Assembly (NCBI GenBank): GCA_050049995.1
Contig: JASFVE010000019.1
Span: 1 to 27,664 of the forward strand
From: Chlamydiota bacterium
GTDB lineage: Bacteria > Chlamydiota > Chlamydiia > Chlamydiales > SM23-39
Direction of reading: 5' to 3'
Length of the DNA stretch: 27,664 nucleotides
Positions 26,804 to 27,664 of the stretch are shown here, piece by piece. The position numbers were made by a program, and so were the translations under genes. Each line of letters begins with the position of its first letter. Positions within the stretch are counted from its first letter, which is position 1. Below the pieces are notes generated by a model. That model was not told the DNA's origin. It was given only the letters and a program-made list of their open reading frames with translations, and searched no databases.

Positions 26804-27649
26804 ATGAGCATAATATCACGCACCAATCCCAACACTAATATTAGTATTCAAGAGATGCATAAAGATGCAAGCTCTTCAATTTTCAAGTTTTTCGATCCAA
26901 CTTCCTTGGGAAGTTTTGAAGCAGCTTCTTCAAAAGCTTCAGCAAGTGTTGCAAGATATAAAACAGAAGTAATCACGCCAAGTAAAATTCAACATTTCAT
27001 TAACACATTGCTTGCAGGACTCGACACAACAAACCACGTGAAAGAAAGGGAAATACTTGAAAAAATTAAAGTTCAAGTGGACATAAAAACAATCACCCCT
27101 GAAAAGGTGACTATAGTAAAAATAAATATTTTTACTATAAGAAAATTAATACTTGAAGCTTTAAAATCCTTAGATGACCCAACAATAGAAAACCTTAAAT
27201 TAATTCCAGCTCCAGAGCTTTTTGAAGACCTTTTCGAAGTGCTTGAGCTTTATAATTTGGTAAAAAGTAGCCCCGACTTCCTTTTTATAGACAAATTCGT
27301 TGATAACTTAGCTGAAAAAGGAAGGCTAGGCATAGCTTTTGAAGTGGCTAATCTTCTTCTTTCAGAAAACACGACTATACAAGATTTTACCTTTACCAAC
27401 ATTGCTTACAAATTAAAGGAAAAAAAAGAATGGGATAAAGCAATTGAAGTAATAAAACTTATTCCTATTAAAGGAAGTAGAAATGTTCAGTATAAAAGTA
27501 TTGTTCGTACTTTAATTGAAGCAAACAAATATGACAAAGCTTTTGCAGTGGCAAATCTTATTTCTGATAAAAGTATTAGAAGTGAGGTCCTTGAAACTAT
27601 TTCTATAGATTCGACTAGATCAGAAAATCATATCTCTGAAATTGACTAG
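26804..27649 (+). CDS. Paralog C of the tandem family: F-box-like N-terminus plus TPR-like repeats
   Basis: AAGG RBS; IQEMHKDASSSIFKFFDPTSLGSFEAASSK; KER..LEKI, ILEALKSLD..TIENLK.I.AP..FE..FE; repeats WDKAIEV..LI and YDKAF.VANLISD. Confidence 0.75.
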   Translation: MSIISRTNPNTNISIQEMHKDASSSIFKFFDPTSLGSFEAASSKASASVARYKTEVITPSKIQHFINTLLAGLDTTNHVKEREILEKIKVQVDIKTITPEKVTIVKINIFTIRKLILEALKSLDDPTIENLKLIPAPELFEDLFEVLELYNLVKSSPDFLFIDKFVDNLAEKGRLGIAFEVANLLLSENTTIQDFTFTNIAYKLKEKKEWDKAIEVIKLIPIKGSRNVQYKSIVRTLIEANKYDKAFAVANLISDKSIRSEVLETISIDSTRSENHISEID

Positions 27650-27664
27650 AAATACACTTCCTCT

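Overview
AT-rich bacterial chromosomal segment, most likely from an environmental Chlamydiota. That placement is an inference from the NTT/TLC nucleotide transporter, the Inc-like and F-box-like orphan proteins and the overall gene repertoire. Recognisable genes are: a split LigD-type NHEJ module (stand-alone 3'-phosphoesterase plus the 5' end of an ATP-dependent ligase that the ORF track missed), a degenerate CPBP/Abi membrane protein, a TylF-type O-methyltransferase, an S10 carboxypeptidase, an NTT transporter, a YheT-like hydrolase, a PagL-like lipid A deacylase, an NSS transporter followed by two paralogous small membrane proteins, umuDC, a D-2-hydroxyacid dehydrogenase, an APC permease, a shortened MgtE, a SAM methyltransferase, glmS, and a HAMP class III cyclase that lacks its transition-state Arg. 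Interspersed are probable host-directed effector genes: an Inc-like Pro-rich repeat protein with a PSAP motif, a disordered repeat protein with a PKI-like nuclear export signal, and a tandem array of three F-box-like/TPR-like paralogs showing mosaicism. I found no rRNA, tRNA, CRISPR array or transposase.
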